Of a stretch of DNA of 64,000 bases, positions 11,605 to 22,645 are shown one piece after another (positions within the stretch are counted from its first letter, which is position 1; the number at the start of each line of letters is the position of its first letter). This DNA comes from Actinomycetes bacterium (lineage in GTDB: Bacteria; Actinomycetota; Actinomycetes; Propionibacteriales; Propionibacteriaceae), in contig JAEZVO010000028.1 of NCBI GenBank assembly GCA_023443125.1, positions 44-64,043 of the forward strand. Reading direction: 5' to 3'. Below the pieces are notes generated by a model. It was not told the DNA's origin, did not search any database, and saw only the letters and a list, made by a program, of their open reading frames with translations. The position numbers and the translations under genes are program-made.

Positions 11605-12246
11605 ATGCTGACGTTCGAGGAGCTCGGTTTGGGGGCAGCCGACGCGGAGTACATGGAAACCTGGGAGTACCAACGCGCCATTCACGACGAGGTGGCCGCC
11701 GGGAAGCGCGGGGGGCACGTGTTACTCGTCGAGCATCCACCGGTGTACACCGCCGGGCGTCGCACCACCGACGAGATGAAGCCGCGCGACGGCACGCCGG
11801 TGATCGATACCGACCGCGGAGGCCTCATCACGTATCACGGGCCGGGGCAGCTCGTCGGATACCCCATCGTCCACCTTGCAGAGGGCATGGGTGTGGTCGA
11901 CCACGTGCGCAAACTCGAGGAAGCCATCATCAACCTACTGGACGAGTACGGCATCGCTGCCGGTCGTGTCACCGGGCGCACCGGGGTGTGGCTGCCCGCC
12001 ACCCCCACCAGGCTCGAGCGCAAGATATGTGCCATCGGAGTGCGCGTGAGCAAACGCACGACGCTGCACGGTTTCGCCCTGAACGTACGTTCCAGCGCTG
12101 AACGCTTCGGCAACATCATCCCTTGTGGCATCGACGATGCGGATGTCACGTCGATCGAAGAAGAGCTCCCCGGTGAGTGGACGGTGCAGCAGGTTGCCCG
12201 CGACATCCGCCCTCACCTCACCGCAGCACTTTCTTTCGCGGACTGA
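11605..12246 (+). CDS. lipB: Lipoyl(octanoyl) transferase
   Basis: EHPPVYTAGRR, DRGGLITYHGPGQLVGYP, KICAIG, HGFALN, IIPCGI. Confidence 0.96.
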   Translation: MLTFEELGLGAADAEYMETWEYQRAIHDEVAAGKRGGHVLLVEHPPVYTAGRRTTDEMKPRDGTPVIDTDRGGLITYHGPGQLVGYPIVHLAEGMGVVDHVRKLEEAIINLLDEYGIAAGRVTGRTGVWLPATPTRLERKICAIGVRVSKRTTLHGFALNVRSSAERFGNIIPCGIDDADVTSIEEELPGEWTVQQVARDIRPHLTAALSFAD

Positions 12247-12263
12247 TTGAGTAGGGTTGCATC

Positions 12264-13193
12264 GTGACTGCCGTAAAGCCTGAGGGCCGGAAACTCCTGC
12301 GAGTTGAGGCCAAGAATGCCCAGACTCCCATCGAGCGCAAGCCGGAGTGGATCCGCACCAAGGCGAAGATGGGCCCCAACTACAACGACCTGCAACACAT
12401 CGTGAAGTCGGGCGACCTCCACACCGTGTGTCAGGAGGCGGGCTGCCCCAACATCTACGAGTGTTGGGAAGACAGGGAGTCGACGTTCCTCATCGGCGGC
12501 GACCAGTGCACCCGTCGCTGCGATTTCTGCCAGATCACGTCCGCGAAGCCTGAGGGCTACGACCCGACCGAGCCGCTACGCGTCGCCGCATCTGTGAAGA
12601 AGATGGGGCTGCGCTACGCCACCGTCACCGGTGTGTGCCGCGACGACCTGGAAGATGAGGGTGCGTGGCTGTACGCCGAAACGATCCGCCAGATCCACCA
12701 GGTCAACCCAGGTGTTGGCGTAGAGATGCTCGCACCCGACTTCTCGGGCAAGCGAGAGCTTGTGCAGCAGGTGCTCGACGCGAAGCCCGAGGTGTTCGCA
12801 CACAACGTCGAAACAGTCCCCCGTATCTTCAAGCGCATCCGCCCCGGTTTCCGCTATGAGCGCTCACTCGACGTGCTTCGTATGTCCCGCGACGAGGGGC
12901 TCGTCACCAAGTCGAACCTCATCCTCGGCATGGGCGAGACCCGCGACGAGATCTCGCAGGCACTGCACGACCTCCACGACGCAGGCGCAGAGCTCATCAC
13001 CATCACGCAGTACCTGCGCCCCGGGCCGACGCTGTTGCCCATCGACCGCTGGGTGACGCCGCAGGAGTTCGATGAGCTGGCGGAGGAAGCCAAGGAGATC
13101 GGATACGCTGGTGTGCTGTCCGGGCCGCTGGTCCGGTCGTCGTATCGCGCGGGTCGGCTGTACCGAACCGCGATGGAAGCTCGGAAGAAGTGA
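12264..13193 (+). CDS. lipA: Lipoyl synthase
   Basis: [12 protein letters not shown] and radical-[11 protein letters not shown] motifs, RSSY C-terminal motif. Confidence 0.97.
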   Translation: MTAVKPEGRKLLRVEAKNAQTPIERKPEWIRTKAKMGPNYNDLQHIVKSGDLHTVCQEAGCPNIYECWEDRESTFLIGGDQCTRRCDFCQITSAKPEGYDPTEPLRVAASVKKMGLRYATVTGVCRDDLEDEGAWLYAETIRQIHQVNPGVGVEMLAPDFSGKRELVQQVLDAKPEVFAHNVETVPRIFKRIRPGFRYERSLDVLRMSRDEGLVTKSNLILGMGETRDEISQALHDLHDAGAELITITQYLRPGPTLLPIDRWVTPQEFDELAEEAKEIGYAGVLSGPLVRSSYRAGRLYRTAMEARKK

Positions 13194-13208
13194 GCCCGGA
13201 AAGGCACC

Positions 13209-13982
13209 ATGGCGAAAAGTGAACGCGCGAAAGCGCTAGCGGCCAAACAGAAGGCGGAGGCCAAGGCGAGGAAACTGGCGAAAAAGAATTCCTCCGACCC
13301 CAAAGACTGGGGCATGGTCAAACAGCTCAGAGAGGTCTACCGGGTCACCAAGGAACAAGACCCGAAGCTCCCGCTGTACCTCGCGCTCGCTTTCTTCATC
13401 CCGTTCGCCATCATCCTCGGGCTGACGCTCTGGCTGTCGAACGGCTGGCTCGGCATCGTCTTGTGGGGCGTGCTTGCCGTCATGACCGGCATCATGTGCA
13501 TGACGATCATGCTCACGCGACGGGCAAAGAAAGCCACCATCACCCGCTACGAAGGGCAGGCCGGGTCAGCGGAGGTCGCCCTATCGATGCTGCCGGAGAA
13601 GAAGTGGTTCTCCACCCCGGGCATTGCCGCGAACCGTCAGCTCGACGTCGTGCACCGCACCGTTGGCCCCGGCGGGCTGATCCTGATCGGCGACGGTGAA
13701 CCCGGACGCCTGAAGCAGATGCTCGCGAGCGAAAAGAAGAAGCACGACCAGATCCTCTACGGCGTCCAGGCGCAAACCATTCAGATGGGCAACGGGGCTG
13801 GCCAGGTGCCGCTTTCGAAGCTCACCGACCACATCAAGAAGCTCCCCAAGCAGCTGACGGATTCGCAAATCCAGGAGACGCGCCAGCGGCTGAAGTCGCT
13901 CGACGCGATGCGCCCCAAGATGCCCATCCCGAAGGGGCCCATGAACATGAAGGGCGCCCGCAAGGCCATGCGCGGCCACTGA
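13209..13982 (+). CDS. DUF4191-family membrane protein
   Basis: Two TM helices; this family typically lies downstream of lipA in actinobacteria. Confidence 0.8.
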   Translation: MAKSERAKALAAKQKAEAKARKLAKKNSSDPKDWGMVKQLREVYRVTKEQDPKLPLYLALAFFIPFAIILGLTLWLSNGWLGIVLWGVLAVMTGIMCMTIMLTRRAKKATITRYEGQAGSAEVALSMLPEKKWFSTPGIAANRQLDVVHRTVGPGGLILIGDGEPGRLKQMLASEKKKHDQILYGVQAQTIQMGNGAGQVPLSKLTDHIKKLPKQLTDSQIQETRQRLKSLDAMRPKMPIPKGPMNMKGARKAMRGH

Positions 13983-13983
13983 C

Positions 13984-15744
13984 GTGGCCAACATCGTCAA
14001 CGCCGAAGGCATCACGCACGGCTTCGGCACCCGGATTCTCCTCGACGACGTCTCCCTCGGCCTGGGAGCCGGCGACGTGGTGGGCGTCGTCGGGCGCAAT
14101 GGCGACGGAAAATCCACGCTGCTGCGCATCCTCACCGGCTCGCTCACTCCCGACGCGGGGCGCGTGACCGTCTCCAACTCGGCCTCCATCGGCACGCTCG
14201 GCCAGCAACACATCGGCGACGACACCGACACCATTCGCGACGTCGCACTCGGCGGCGAGCCCGACCATGTGTTCGCCCGTCACGCCGAGCAGCGCGCCGT
14301 CGTCGAAGCGCTGCTGCCGGGCATTGATCTCGACCGCCCGCTGGGCGGGCTCTCAGGTGGCGAGCGCCGTCGCGTGGGGCTGGTCTCCGTACTCCTCGGC
14401 CCACACGACCTCCTCGTGCTCGACGAGCCTACGAACCATCTCGACATCGAGGCCATCGCGTTCCTGGCGCGGCATCTTGCCGAGCGCACCCGCGCAGGGC
14501 TGGCGATGCTCGTCGTGAGCCACGACCGCTGGTTCCTCGATGCGGTGTGCACCCGGATCTGGGAAGTGCACGACGCCATGGTCGACGCCTACGACGGCGG
14601 CTACGCGGCCTACGTGTTGGCTCGCGTGGAACGCCAGCGCCAGGCAGCAGCGAACGAGGCTCGTCGGAAGAATCTGGCCCGCAAGGAGCTCGCCTGGCTC
14701 AGGCGCGGGGCGCCGGCACGCACGTCGAAACCAAAATTCCGCATCGAAGCCGCCAACGAGCTCATCAAGGGCGAGCCAGAGCCACGCGACAAGCTGCAGC
14801 TGGAGCGATTCGCGACGGCGCGCCTGGGCAAAGACGTCTTCGATCTCATCAACGTGGGCTACGAAGTGGGAGGAAAGCGTCTGCTGCAGGGCCTGGACTG
14901 GTCGATCGGCCCTGGCGACCGCATCGGGCTCGTAGGCGTCAACGGGGCAGGGAAAACGTCGCTGCTGGATCTGCTCGCCGGGCTCCGCTCCCCTAGTCAG
15001 GGCAAGATCAAGCGCGGCCAGACCATCCGTTTGGCCTACCTCTCGCAGGCCGTTGGCGAGCTGGATGACGACGATCGGGTGCTGCAATCCGTGCAGCGGC
15101 TCAAGCAGGAGACCAAGCTCGCCACCGGGCGCGAGGCCAGCGCATCGAATCTGCTAGAGGAGTTCGGGTTCACCGGCGACAAGCTCGTCGCGCGCATCGG
15201 AGATCTCTCCGGCGGCGAACGGCGACGACTGCAGTTCCTACGCTTGCTGCTCACCGAACCGAACGTGCTGATCTTGGACGAACCGACGAACGATCTCGAT
15301 ATCGACACACTCACCGTCATCGAGGACTACCTCGATACCTGGCCGGGCACGCTCATCGTCGTCTCCCACGACCGCTATTTCCTGGAGCGCGTCACCGACG
15401 TCACCTACGCGCTGCTCGGCGATGGCACGTGCGGGCTACTACCTGGTGGCGTCGACGAGTATCTGGCACGTCGGCGTGCGGCGGTGGAAGCGGCGAGCGA
15501 GCCCGCCCCGCAGCCGAAACAGAAGCAGCCTTCCGACGCCGCCCAGGAGCGTGCGCGCAAGAAGGAATTGGCGAAGCTCGAAGGCCAGCTCGACAAGGTC
15601 GAGCGAGAGATCGCCACACTGCACGAGCAGATGGCGGCAGCTGCGACGGACTACGAACGCCTCGCCGCGCTCAATACCGAGCTCCAAGACGCTGAGGCTC
15701 GGCGGGACGCAATTGAGGAAGCCTGGCTGGAGGCAGCACAGTAG
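13984..15744 (+). CDS. ABC-F family ATPase (Uup-like)
   Basis: Two ABC domains, no TM segments, ARTSKPKFRI linker, C-terminal coiled coil. Confidence 0.9.
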   Translation: MANIVNAEGITHGFGTRILLDDVSLGLGAGDVVGVVGRNGDGKSTLLRILTGSLTPDAGRVTVSNSASIGTLGQQHIGDDTDTIRDVALGGEPDHVFARHAEQRAVVEALLPGIDLDRPLGGLSGGERRRVGLVSVLLGPHDLLVLDEPTNHLDIEAIAFLARHLAERTRAGLAMLVVSHDRWFLDAVCTRIWEVHDAMVDAYDGGYAAYVLARVERQRQAAANEARRKNLARKELAWLRRGAPARTSKPKFRIEAANELIKGEPEPRDKLQLERFATARLGKDVFDLINVGYEVGGKRLLQGLDWSIGPGDRIGLVGVNGAGKTSLLDLLAGLRSPSQGKIKRGQTIRLAYLSQAVGELDDDDRVLQSVQRLKQETKLATGREASASNLLEEFGFTGDKLVARIGDLSGGERRRLQFLRLLLTEPNVLILDEPTNDLDIDTLTVIEDYLDTWPGTLIVVSHDRYFLERVTDVTYALLGDGTCGLLPGGVDEYLARRRAAVEAASEPAPQPKQKQPSDAAQERARKKELAKLEGQLDKVEREIATLHEQMAAAATDYERLAALNTELQDAEARRDAIEEAWLEAAQ

Positions 15745-15747
15745 CGG

Positions 15748-16677
15748 CTACGCACCGTCGCTGAGCATGGCGGCGATGCGGGCGCTGCGGGCGCGCCACT
15801 CCTGCGACGTGTGCGGTTGCTCCAGCGCCTCGACTCCGCTGGGTGCGACGCGCCACGCGCCGACGGTAGCGACGATGGCCTCCCACGGCTCGGCGTCCGT
15901 TGCCGATTCGCGCCAGTGGGTGAGCCACTGTGCGATCTGGCGGTCGTCGGGCTCACCGTGAGGGTGCAGGGTGCACCGTCGGGTCTCTGGAGATATTTCT
16001 ATGCGCTGGACGCCTGCGTCCACAAGCGAGGTGAACAGCGTGGGCTGCAGCGGTACCGGTTCGGGCGCTGAGCGCACTACGACGCTGGCGCCGTCGCGCT
16101 CCCAAGAGCGCAGCCAGGAGCGAGCGCCGTCGGGGCGCGCCGCGAGCAGCAGCGCCGATACCGCGTCGAGCGAAGCGGTGAAGCGAAGTCGTACGTCGCC
16201 GTCGCTGGCCTCAGCGGATCCGCTTCCGACGCGCGCCTCGTCGAGCAGTGTTTGCAGCGCGGTGTCGTCATCGACGGGGCGTGTCCATCGCTGCTTCCAG
16301 CGGGAGGTCGAGATCCGCACTGTGGATGCTTCGACCGGGACGGTGACTTCCAGCCGTGGGTCCAGGATGCCGCAGGCGCGGCCCTCGTCGAAGATCGTCT
16401 GACATTGTTCGACGGCGCGTCGCACCGCACCAGCGTCGAGGTCGGGCCGGAGCGCAACTCGGGCCCGGTAGGTACGCGCGAGCCCGCCCGAGGTCACCGG
16501 GCGGTCGACGCTCGTCTCGGCCACGCCGTCGACTGTGCGGAGCTGTTCGGCAAGAGCCTCCTCCAGCCCGATCCGGGCGACACTCTGGGCGCCTTGCGCG
16601 GCAGCACCGGCAGTGACGCGCCCAAGAAACCCCAGGCCCCGCAGCAGTTTCGACATCTTCATGCCCGCTCCTCTCAA
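15748..16677 (-). CDS. Hypothetical protein
   Basis: 309-aa ORF filling the gap between ABC-F gene and AAA ATPase gene; no recognisable motif. Confidence 0.6.
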   Translation of the reverse strand: MRGAGMKMSKLLRGLGFLGRVTAGAAAQGAQSVARIGLEEALAEQLRTVDGVAETSVDRPVTSGGLARTYRARVALRPDLDAGAVRRAVEQCQTIFDEGRACGILDPRLEVTVPVEASTVRISTSRWKQRWTRPVDDDTALQTLLDEARVGSGSAEASDGDVRLRFTASLDAVSALLLAARPDGARSWLRSWERDGASVVVRSAPEPVPLQPTLFTSLVDAGVQRIEISPETRRCTLHPHGEPDDRQIAQWLTHWRESATDAEPWEAIVATVGAWRVAPSGVEALEQPHTSQEWRARSARIAAMLSDGA

Positions 16678-16685
16678 TGACCCAA

Positions 16686-16735
16686 AGATAGATCAAGTTC
16701 GTGGCTCGTCTACCCACCACGAACTTGATCTATCT
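16686..16735. repeat. Perfect 19-bp inverted repeat with 12-nt loop
   Basis: AGATAGATCAAGTTCGTGG-ctcgtctaccca-CCACGAACTTGATCTATCT. Confidence 0.95.
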
Positions 16736-16794
16736 GAGCCCCACCGAATGAGTGACGCCGCAATGTGTCAGATCCGCCGCCTAGCCTTGGGCGC

Positions 16795-17931
16795 ATGTAC
16801 ACCACACTGGCTGTCTCCGGGTACCGCTCGCTGCGCGACGTCGTGCTGCCGCTCGGGCGCGTCACCGTGGTCACCGGCGGCAACGGAACAGGCAAATCGA
16901 ACCTCTACAAGGCCCTTCGCCTGCTGGCAGCCTGCGGTCGAGGCGAGGTGGTCGAGGCACTCGCCGCAGAGGGCGGGCTCCCGTCGGTGTTATGGGCAGG
17001 TCCGGAACAGCTCAGCGGCGCCAGACGCACTGGGCGCGTGGAGGGCACGGTGCGCTCCGGGCCCGTCAGCCTGCGCATCGGCGTGGGCGGGCAAGCCACC
17101 AGCTACCTCATCGACCTAGGCCTGCCCCAGCAAGGCCGCAGTACCGCGTTCAACCTCGACCCGGAGATCAAACGAGAAGCCGTCTGGCTAGGGCCTATCC
17201 TGCGCCCAAGCGCCATCGTTGCCCGCCGCAAGCATGCGATGGCGGAAGTCCGCGACGAGACCTGGCAGCGTGTCTCAGTGCTTGCGCCCTACGAGTCGCT
17301 CCTCGACACCACTGCGCTCGACGTGGTGCGAGACATGCGCGACGAGCTCGCCGGCTGGCGCTTCCACGATTGGCTGCGCACTGACCCCGACGCTCCCGCC
17401 CGGCGCCCGCACGTCGGTACCCGCTCCCCCAGCTTGTCCGACGATGGCGGCAATCTGGCCGCCACGCTGCAGACCATCATCGAAGCCGAGGGCGCCCCCG
17501 TCGAGGCGCTCATCGACGACGCTTTCCCCGGGTCCGAACTACATATCCACACCGACGGCGCCTTGTTCGACGTCGCCCTCACGCAGCCGGGTATGCTGCG
17601 CCCGCTGCGGGCGGCCGAATTGTCTGACGGTACGTTGCGGTACCTCATGCTCGTCGCGGCCCTGCACGCGCCGCGCCCGCCGGCACTCATCGCGCTGAAC
17701 GAGCCCGAGCACAGCCTGCATCGCTCCCTCATCAAGCCGCTCGCGCGCCTCATCGTGAGCGCCGCGCAGCGCACGCAGATCATCGTCGTCACACACAACG
17801 ACGAGTTAGCAGCCGCGCTCGAACGAGGCCCTGACACCGAACACATCCGCCTTACGAAAGACCTGGGCGAGACGCAGATCGAGGGTCAAGGGCTGTTGTC
17901 AACGCCGCAGTGGGAATGGGGACGCCGCTGA
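16795..17931 (+). CDS. SMC/RecF-like AAA ATPase (AAA_21 type)
   Basis: GYRSL..., GGNGTGKSN, LSDGTLRY, LNEPEHSLH, VVTH; likely start MYTTL. Confidence 0.85.
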   Translation: MYTTLAVSGYRSLRDVVLPLGRVTVVTGGNGTGKSNLYKALRLLAACGRGEVVEALAAEGGLPSVLWAGPEQLSGARRTGRVEGTVRSGPVSLRIGVGGQATSYLIDLGLPQQGRSTAFNLDPEIKREAVWLGPILRPSAIVARRKHAMAEVRDETWQRVSVLAPYESLLDTTALDVVRDMRDELAGWRFHDWLRTDPDAPARRPHVGTRSPSLSDDGGNLAATLQTIIEAEGAPVEALIDDAFPGSELHIHTDGALFDVALTQPGMLRPLRAAELSDGTLRYLMLVAALHAPRPPALIALNEPEHSLHRSLIKPLARLIVSAAQRTQIIVVTHNDELAAALERGPDTEHIRLTKDLGETQIEGQGLLSTPQWEWGRR

Positions 17932-18007
17932 CGCTGCGTCGCCCAGCCCTGGTCTAGCGAGGCTCGCCACATAGACTCGACATCAACGCCGATTCTTAGG
18001 AGGCACC

Positions 18008-18841
18008 GTGACGCTCACCATCCCAACCATCAACTTTGCCGACGGCACACCTATCCCGCTCGTCGGGCTTGGCACGTACGGGCTGCAGGGTAACCCTGGC
18101 GCCGACGCCGTCGCTGCCGCCCTCCGGCAGGGTTACCGTCTGCTCGACACCGCCGCCCAGTACAACAACGAGACTTCCGTCGGTGAAGGTATTCGTCGAA
18201 GCGGCGTGCCTCGCGACGAGGTGCTCATCACGACGAAGGTGGCCGGCGGCAGCCACGGTCGAGCTGCGACGCGCACCGCCGTCGACGAGTCCCGTCGCCG
18301 CCTGGGCGTCGACACCATCGACATCATGCTCATTCACTGGCCGAACCCGTCGCGCGGGCTCACCGTCGAGACGTGGGAGACGCTCGTGCAGCTCAAGGAG
18401 GAAGGCGCCATCACCCACATTGGGGTGTCGAATTTCCGCCCCGAACAGCTCACCGAGCTGCATGACGCCACTGGGGTGTGGCCGGCAATGAATCAGATTC
18501 AGCTCTCCCCCGCGCTGGCCCGTAACGAGGCGGTCGATTTCCACGCTGAGCACGGCATCGTCACCGAGGCGTGGGGCCCGCTGGGCAAGCGTGAAGGCCT
18601 CCTTGACCAGCTCGTCGTCCACAAGGTCGCTGCCAAGCATGGCGTCGACCCCCGCCAGGCGGTGCTGAAGTGGATTGTTGATCGAGGCATCGTCGTGATT
18701 CCAAAGTCGAAGAATCCCGAGCGTCAGGCCTCCAACGCCACCTTCAACTTCGAGCTCGACGACGATGACCGCGCGCTGTTCGCCAGCCTCGATCTCGGGG
18801 AAGAACACGCCTGGGACAGCCGAGAGCACGAGGAGTGGTGA
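18008..18841 (+). CDS. Aldo/keto reductase
   Basis: GYRLLDTAAQY, LIHWP, IGVSNF, IPKS motifs. Confidence 0.92.
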   Translation: MTLTIPTINFADGTPIPLVGLGTYGLQGNPGADAVAAALRQGYRLLDTAAQYNNETSVGEGIRRSGVPRDEVLITTKVAGGSHGRAATRTAVDESRRRLGVDTIDIMLIHWPNPSRGLTVETWETLVQLKEEGAITHIGVSNFRPEQLTELHDATGVWPAMNQIQLSPALARNEAVDFHAEHGIVTEAWGPLGKREGLLDQLVVHKVAAKHGVDPRQAVLKWIVDRGIVVIPKSKNPERQASNATFNFELDDDDRALFASLDLGEEHAWDSREHEEW

Positions 18842-18858
18842 GGGGCTGACCCCCGGAA

Positions 18859-19302
18859 CTACTTCCTGTTCACGACGACGGTGCCGAGCAGCAGGTCATC
18901 AAGGTGACGGCGCTCGGCACCGATGACGATCACGGGCAGCACGAGGCACTTCAGCAGCGACCGCACCGTCGGACGCCACCAGCCCAACGGGGTGCCGTCC
19001 ACACGAGTCACACCGATGCGGGCCAGCAGCTGCCCAAACGACGACCCCGTAAGCGTGGTGAAGATGGAGGATTCGACGAAGAACACGGCGAGTGGCATGA
19101 ACGTGCGCCATCCCGACCCCGTCATGACCTCGGTGCCGAAGAGCACAATGGCGACGAGCATCGACGCCAGCCAGTCGACGAGGAGCGCTGCGCATCGCGC
19201 TCCCCAACTCGCCAGGCTGCCGCGCCCCGTCTCCGGGAGACCGATGCTCTCTCCTGGGTACCCTTCGTCGTTGTCCACGCGCGTGAGCCTAGCCGTTCGC
19301 AC
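18859..19302 (-). CDS. RDD family membrane protein
   Basis: RCAALLVDW...RHLDD...GTVVV; usual divergent neighbour of glnA. Confidence 0.85.
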   Translation of the reverse strand: MRTARLTRVDNDEGYPGESIGLPETGRGSLASWGARCAALLVDWLASMLVAIVLFGTEVMTGSGWRTFMPLAVFFVESSIFTTLTGSSFGQLLARIGVTRVDGTPLGWWRPTVRSLLKCLVLPVIVIGAERRHLDDLLLGTVVVNRK

Positions 19303-19435
19303 GGTTGTCAGCCATTCGCACTAGCACTGTTCGAACCGCGTCGAGCGTGACGGCTCCGCCTATGGACACCGCTGACGATCCGGAAACTAGGGTCTGTAGC
19401 ATGGGCTGTGGAAACTGAAGGATGAAGGGGTTCCC

Positions 19436-20857
19436 ATGTTGAACGACGCCACCGAACTGATCCGCTACCTCAAGGACGAGGACGTTGAAACCGTCGATGT
19501 CCGATTCTGCGATCTGCCCGGTGTGATGCAGCACTTCACGGTGCCTGCTGCTTCCTTCGACGAGCAGGTCTTCGAGGAAGGCCTCGGCTTCGACGGCTCA
19601 TCCATCACTGGTTTCCAGAAGATTCATGAGTCCGACATGAAGCTGCTGCCGGATCCGACGACGGCCTACCTCGATCCCTTCCGTCGTTCCAAGACGCTCA
19701 ACGTGAACTTCTTCGTACACGACCCGCTCACCAAAGAGCCATATTCACGCGACCCGCGCAACATCGCACGTAAAGCCGAGGCCTACCTCCTGTCGACGGG
19801 CATCGCCAACACGGCATTCTTCGCACCCGAGGCCGAGTTCTATGTCTTCGACGACATCCGCTTCGACGTGTCAGCAAACAGCTCGTACTACCACATTGAT
19901 TCAGAGGCCGGCGCCTGGAATACGGGACGTGTCGAGGACGGCGGTAACCGCGGCTACAAGGTGAAATACAAGGGCGGCTACTTCCCCGTCTCCCCCGTCG
20001 ACCATTTTGGGGACCTCCGCGACGACATCGTGCGCCACATGGGCGAGGCTGGGCTCGTCGTGGAACGTGCCCACCACGAGGTCGGCACCGCGGGTCAGGC
20101 CGAAATCAACTGGCGGTTCGACACTCTGCTCACTGCCGCTGATAACGTCATGAAGTTCAAGTACCTCGTGAAGAATACCGCCTGGCAGGCAGGAAAGACC
20201 GCCACGTTCATGCCGAAGCCCATCTTCGGCGACAACGGCTCCGGCATGCACTGCCACATGTCACTGTGGAACGACGACCAGCCACTGTTCTACGACGAGC
20301 ACGGCTATGCCGGGCTGTCCGACGTCGCGCGTTGGTACATCGGCGGCGTGCTCCACCACGCGCCCGCGCTACTGGCATTCACCAATCCGTCGGTGAACTC
20401 CTACCACCGTCTGGTGCCTGGGTTCGAGGCGCCGGTGAACCTGGTGTACTCGCAGCGCAACCGCTCGGCGTGCATCCGGATTCCCATCACCGGGTCAAAC
20501 CCCAAGGCCAAGCGCGTCGAATTCCGATGCCCCGACCCGTCGTCGAACCCCTACCTCGCCTTCTCCGCGATCTTGCTGGCCGGCCTCGACGGCATCCAGA
20601 ACCGGATTGAGCCGCTCGACCCCGTCGACAAGGACCTCTACGAGCTTCCCCCGGAGGAACACGCCCAGGTTCCGACGGTGCCGACGAGCCTGCCTGCGGC
20701 GCTCGACGCGCTCGAGGCGGACCGCGACTTCCTGCTCGCAGGCGACGTATTTACCGACGATCTCCTCGACATCTGGGTGGAGCTCAAGCGCGCAGAGGTG
20801 ACCGCGATCGCGCAGCGCCCCCACCCCTACGAGTTCGAGCTGTACTACGCGCTCTGA
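19436..20857 (+). CDS. glnA: Glutamine synthetase type I-beta
   Basis: [39 protein letters not shown] adenylylation site. Confidence 0.97.
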   Translation: MLNDATELIRYLKDEDVETVDVRFCDLPGVMQHFTVPAASFDEQVFEEGLGFDGSSITGFQKIHESDMKLLPDPTTAYLDPFRRSKTLNVNFFVHDPLTKEPYSRDPRNIARKAEAYLLSTGIANTAFFAPEAEFYVFDDIRFDVSANSSYYHIDSEAGAWNTGRVEDGGNRGYKVKYKGGYFPVSPVDHFGDLRDDIVRHMGEAGLVVERAHHEVGTAGQAEINWRFDTLLTAADNVMKFKYLVKNTAWQAGKTATFMPKPIFGDNGSGMHCHMSLWNDDQPLFYDEHGYAGLSDVARWYIGGVLHHAPALLAFTNPSVNSYHRLVPGFEAPVNLVYSQRNRSACIRIPITGSNPKAKRVEFRCPDPSSNPYLAFSAILLAGLDGIQNRIEPLDPVDKDLYELPPEEHAQVPTVPTSLPAALDALEADRDFLLAGDVFTDDLLDIWVELKRAEVTAIAQRPHPYEFELYYAL

Positions 20858-20859
20858 GG

Positions 20860-21990
20860 TCACTGGACTACGGGGAGGGATGCGCTCAGCACCCAGTGCC
20901 CAGCATGCCTGGCAGCGGTGAGTTCCCCGCCAACCTGTGCGACACGCTCGCGGATCCCCTGCAACCCCATCCCGCCGGAGGATGGAGGCTCGTTCCCAGC
21001 AGCGTTTCGAAATGTCACCTGGATTCCTGTGCGCTCTGCGACGAGCCGCACCCTCACCTCGCACGCCGAGCGTCGCTGCGCATGCCGAAGGATGTTCGTC
21101 GTAGCTTCCAGCATGAAGTACCGAAGGACAGCGCTCTGCGCCTGAGCGAGGTCTTCGAGAAGTTCCGCTCCTTCGACGTCCACCTCAAACCCAGCTTCAC
21201 GCAGCGTCGTAGTCAGCCTTACGAGCAAATCAGGTAACTTCTCGTCAGTGCCGTGATCAGACTGGCGACTATCCCTGAGGAGCTGCACTAATTCACGTAG
21301 TTCCTGTACAGCATTGCTCGTGTATCGGCGAACGGCTGTCAGCGCCGCAGTCAGCTCTTCGACGTCATCGCTGCCGTCTGCCGCCTCGAGCTGCAGGGAG
21401 ATACTGGCCAAATTATGCCCAACGAGATCGTGCAGTTCCCTCGCAAGTGACGCCCGCTCATCGCGACGTAACGCTTCCAGCGCGGCAGAGAGTTGCTGGG
21501 TGCCCTGGCGACGAGCAGCTTCCGCGTGCATTGCCCGTCGGATCATGAGTCCGATGAGTGCCCCGATAACCCCCATAGCCAGGGTCATCACGGTCCGAAC
21601 GGACATGTGCTCCGCAGAGTTCCCGATTGCAAATAGCACACCGCCTAGTGCACTCAGCGCCGCTGCCTTTCTGCCCGACATCGAGATAAACATGCTCATA
21701 CACACAGGAAAGAGGGTGAACTGAGCAAGCGACATTTCTCCCAGCGCAATTCCGAATACGAGCGAGAGCAGGAAAGCGATAACGCTTGCACCTGAATGCC
21801 AAGGAGATATCGAAATCGCGATGCATGCCGTCAATAACCCTCCCCAGTACGCCACCGGGTCTTCTGGTTGGCCCACGACTTTCACTACCCACCACAGTTC
21901 CATGAGTAGTAACCCCGTGCCCGCAATGGGCAGCAACACTCTCGCTGCTTGGAGCGCCCGGGAACCCAGCGGGGTGAGTGGCCTCACCAT
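20860..21990 (-). CDS. Sensor histidine kinase (HisKA_3, NarQ/DesK-like)
   Basis: N-terminal TM helices, LARELHDLVGH, EATTNILRHA, GGMGLQGIRERV. Confidence 0.9.
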   Translation of the reverse strand: MVRPLTPLGSRALQAARVLLPIAGTGLLLMELWWVVKVVGQPEDPVAYWGGLLTACIAISISPWHSGASVIAFLLSLVFGIALGEMSLAQFTLFPVCMSMFISMSGRKAAALSALGGVLFAIGNSAEHMSVRTVMTLAMGVIGALIGLMIRRAMHAEAARRQGTQQLSAALEALRRDERASLARELHDLVGHNLASISLQLEAADGSDDVEELTAALTAVRRYTSNAVQELRELVQLLRDSRQSDHGTDEKLPDLLVRLTTTLREAGFEVDVEGAELLEDLAQAQSAVLRYFMLEATTNILRHAQRRSACEVRVRLVAERTGIQVTFRNAAGNEPPSSGGMGLQGIRERVAQVGGELTAARHAGHWVLSASLPVVQ

Positions 21991-22645
21991 GCGATCAGGC
22001 CAGACTTCGCTGCTGCAATCAATATCTGTGTTCTAGTAGAGACACCGAGCTTGTTCGCAATCGTACTCACATACTGCTTCACTGTGGATTCCGCCAGGAA
22101 GAGACGCTGTGCAATTTGTTTGTTGGTTGCCCCATCACATAGAGCATGGAGTACATCGAGCTCACGCTGCGATAATGTGGCGCCATTTCCTTTCACGGAT
22201 TGGCTGCCCCTAACGAGCATTCCAGCAATCTTTGGAGAGAGAGAGGGAGGTCATCCGCCGCAGCGGCATACAGCGCCCATACCAGCTGCTGCGCTGATGC
22301 TGTTTTCAACAAGTACCCTGCTGCCCCCAGCCGTAAGGCGGCGACCACAAGGAAGCGATCATCGAAGGCCGTCGAAACCACTACCTTGGTGCGCAGTCGG
22401 TGAGGTGCCAGGCGTCGCAGGACTTCCAGTCCATCAATTCGAGGCATATGCAGGTCGAGGAGCGCAATGTCGGGCGCTCTATCGATGATGGTTTCGGCTG
22501 CTTTCGAGGCATCGTCAATGCTTGCAAGCACCTCAAGGTTTGGAGCATGGCGGTGAAGGATTGTTCGATAGGCCGCAAGCGTGCTCGTTTCATCGTCGAC
22601 GAGCACCACCGTGTGGCGGGGCAGCTGAACTGCGCCTGACATCAT
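21984..22645 (-). pseudogene. NarL/LuxR-family response regulator, frameshifted in a (CT)n tract
   Basis: Receiver domain (VVLVDD, LLDLHMP, GYLLK) in 22193..22645 and LuxR HTH (LSQRELDVL...TNKQIA..LFLAESTVK) in 21984..22220, in different frames. Confidence 0.88.

Noticed and set aside
16795..17931. AAA ATPase as an anti-phage system component
   Set aside because: No adjacent nuclease or TOPRIM partner; host-like GC and a stand-alone family member.
19372..19387. GlnR-box-like CTGAC-n6-GAAAC upstream of glnA
   Set aside because: Single weak half-site with no second repeat at the expected spacing; not supportable by eye.
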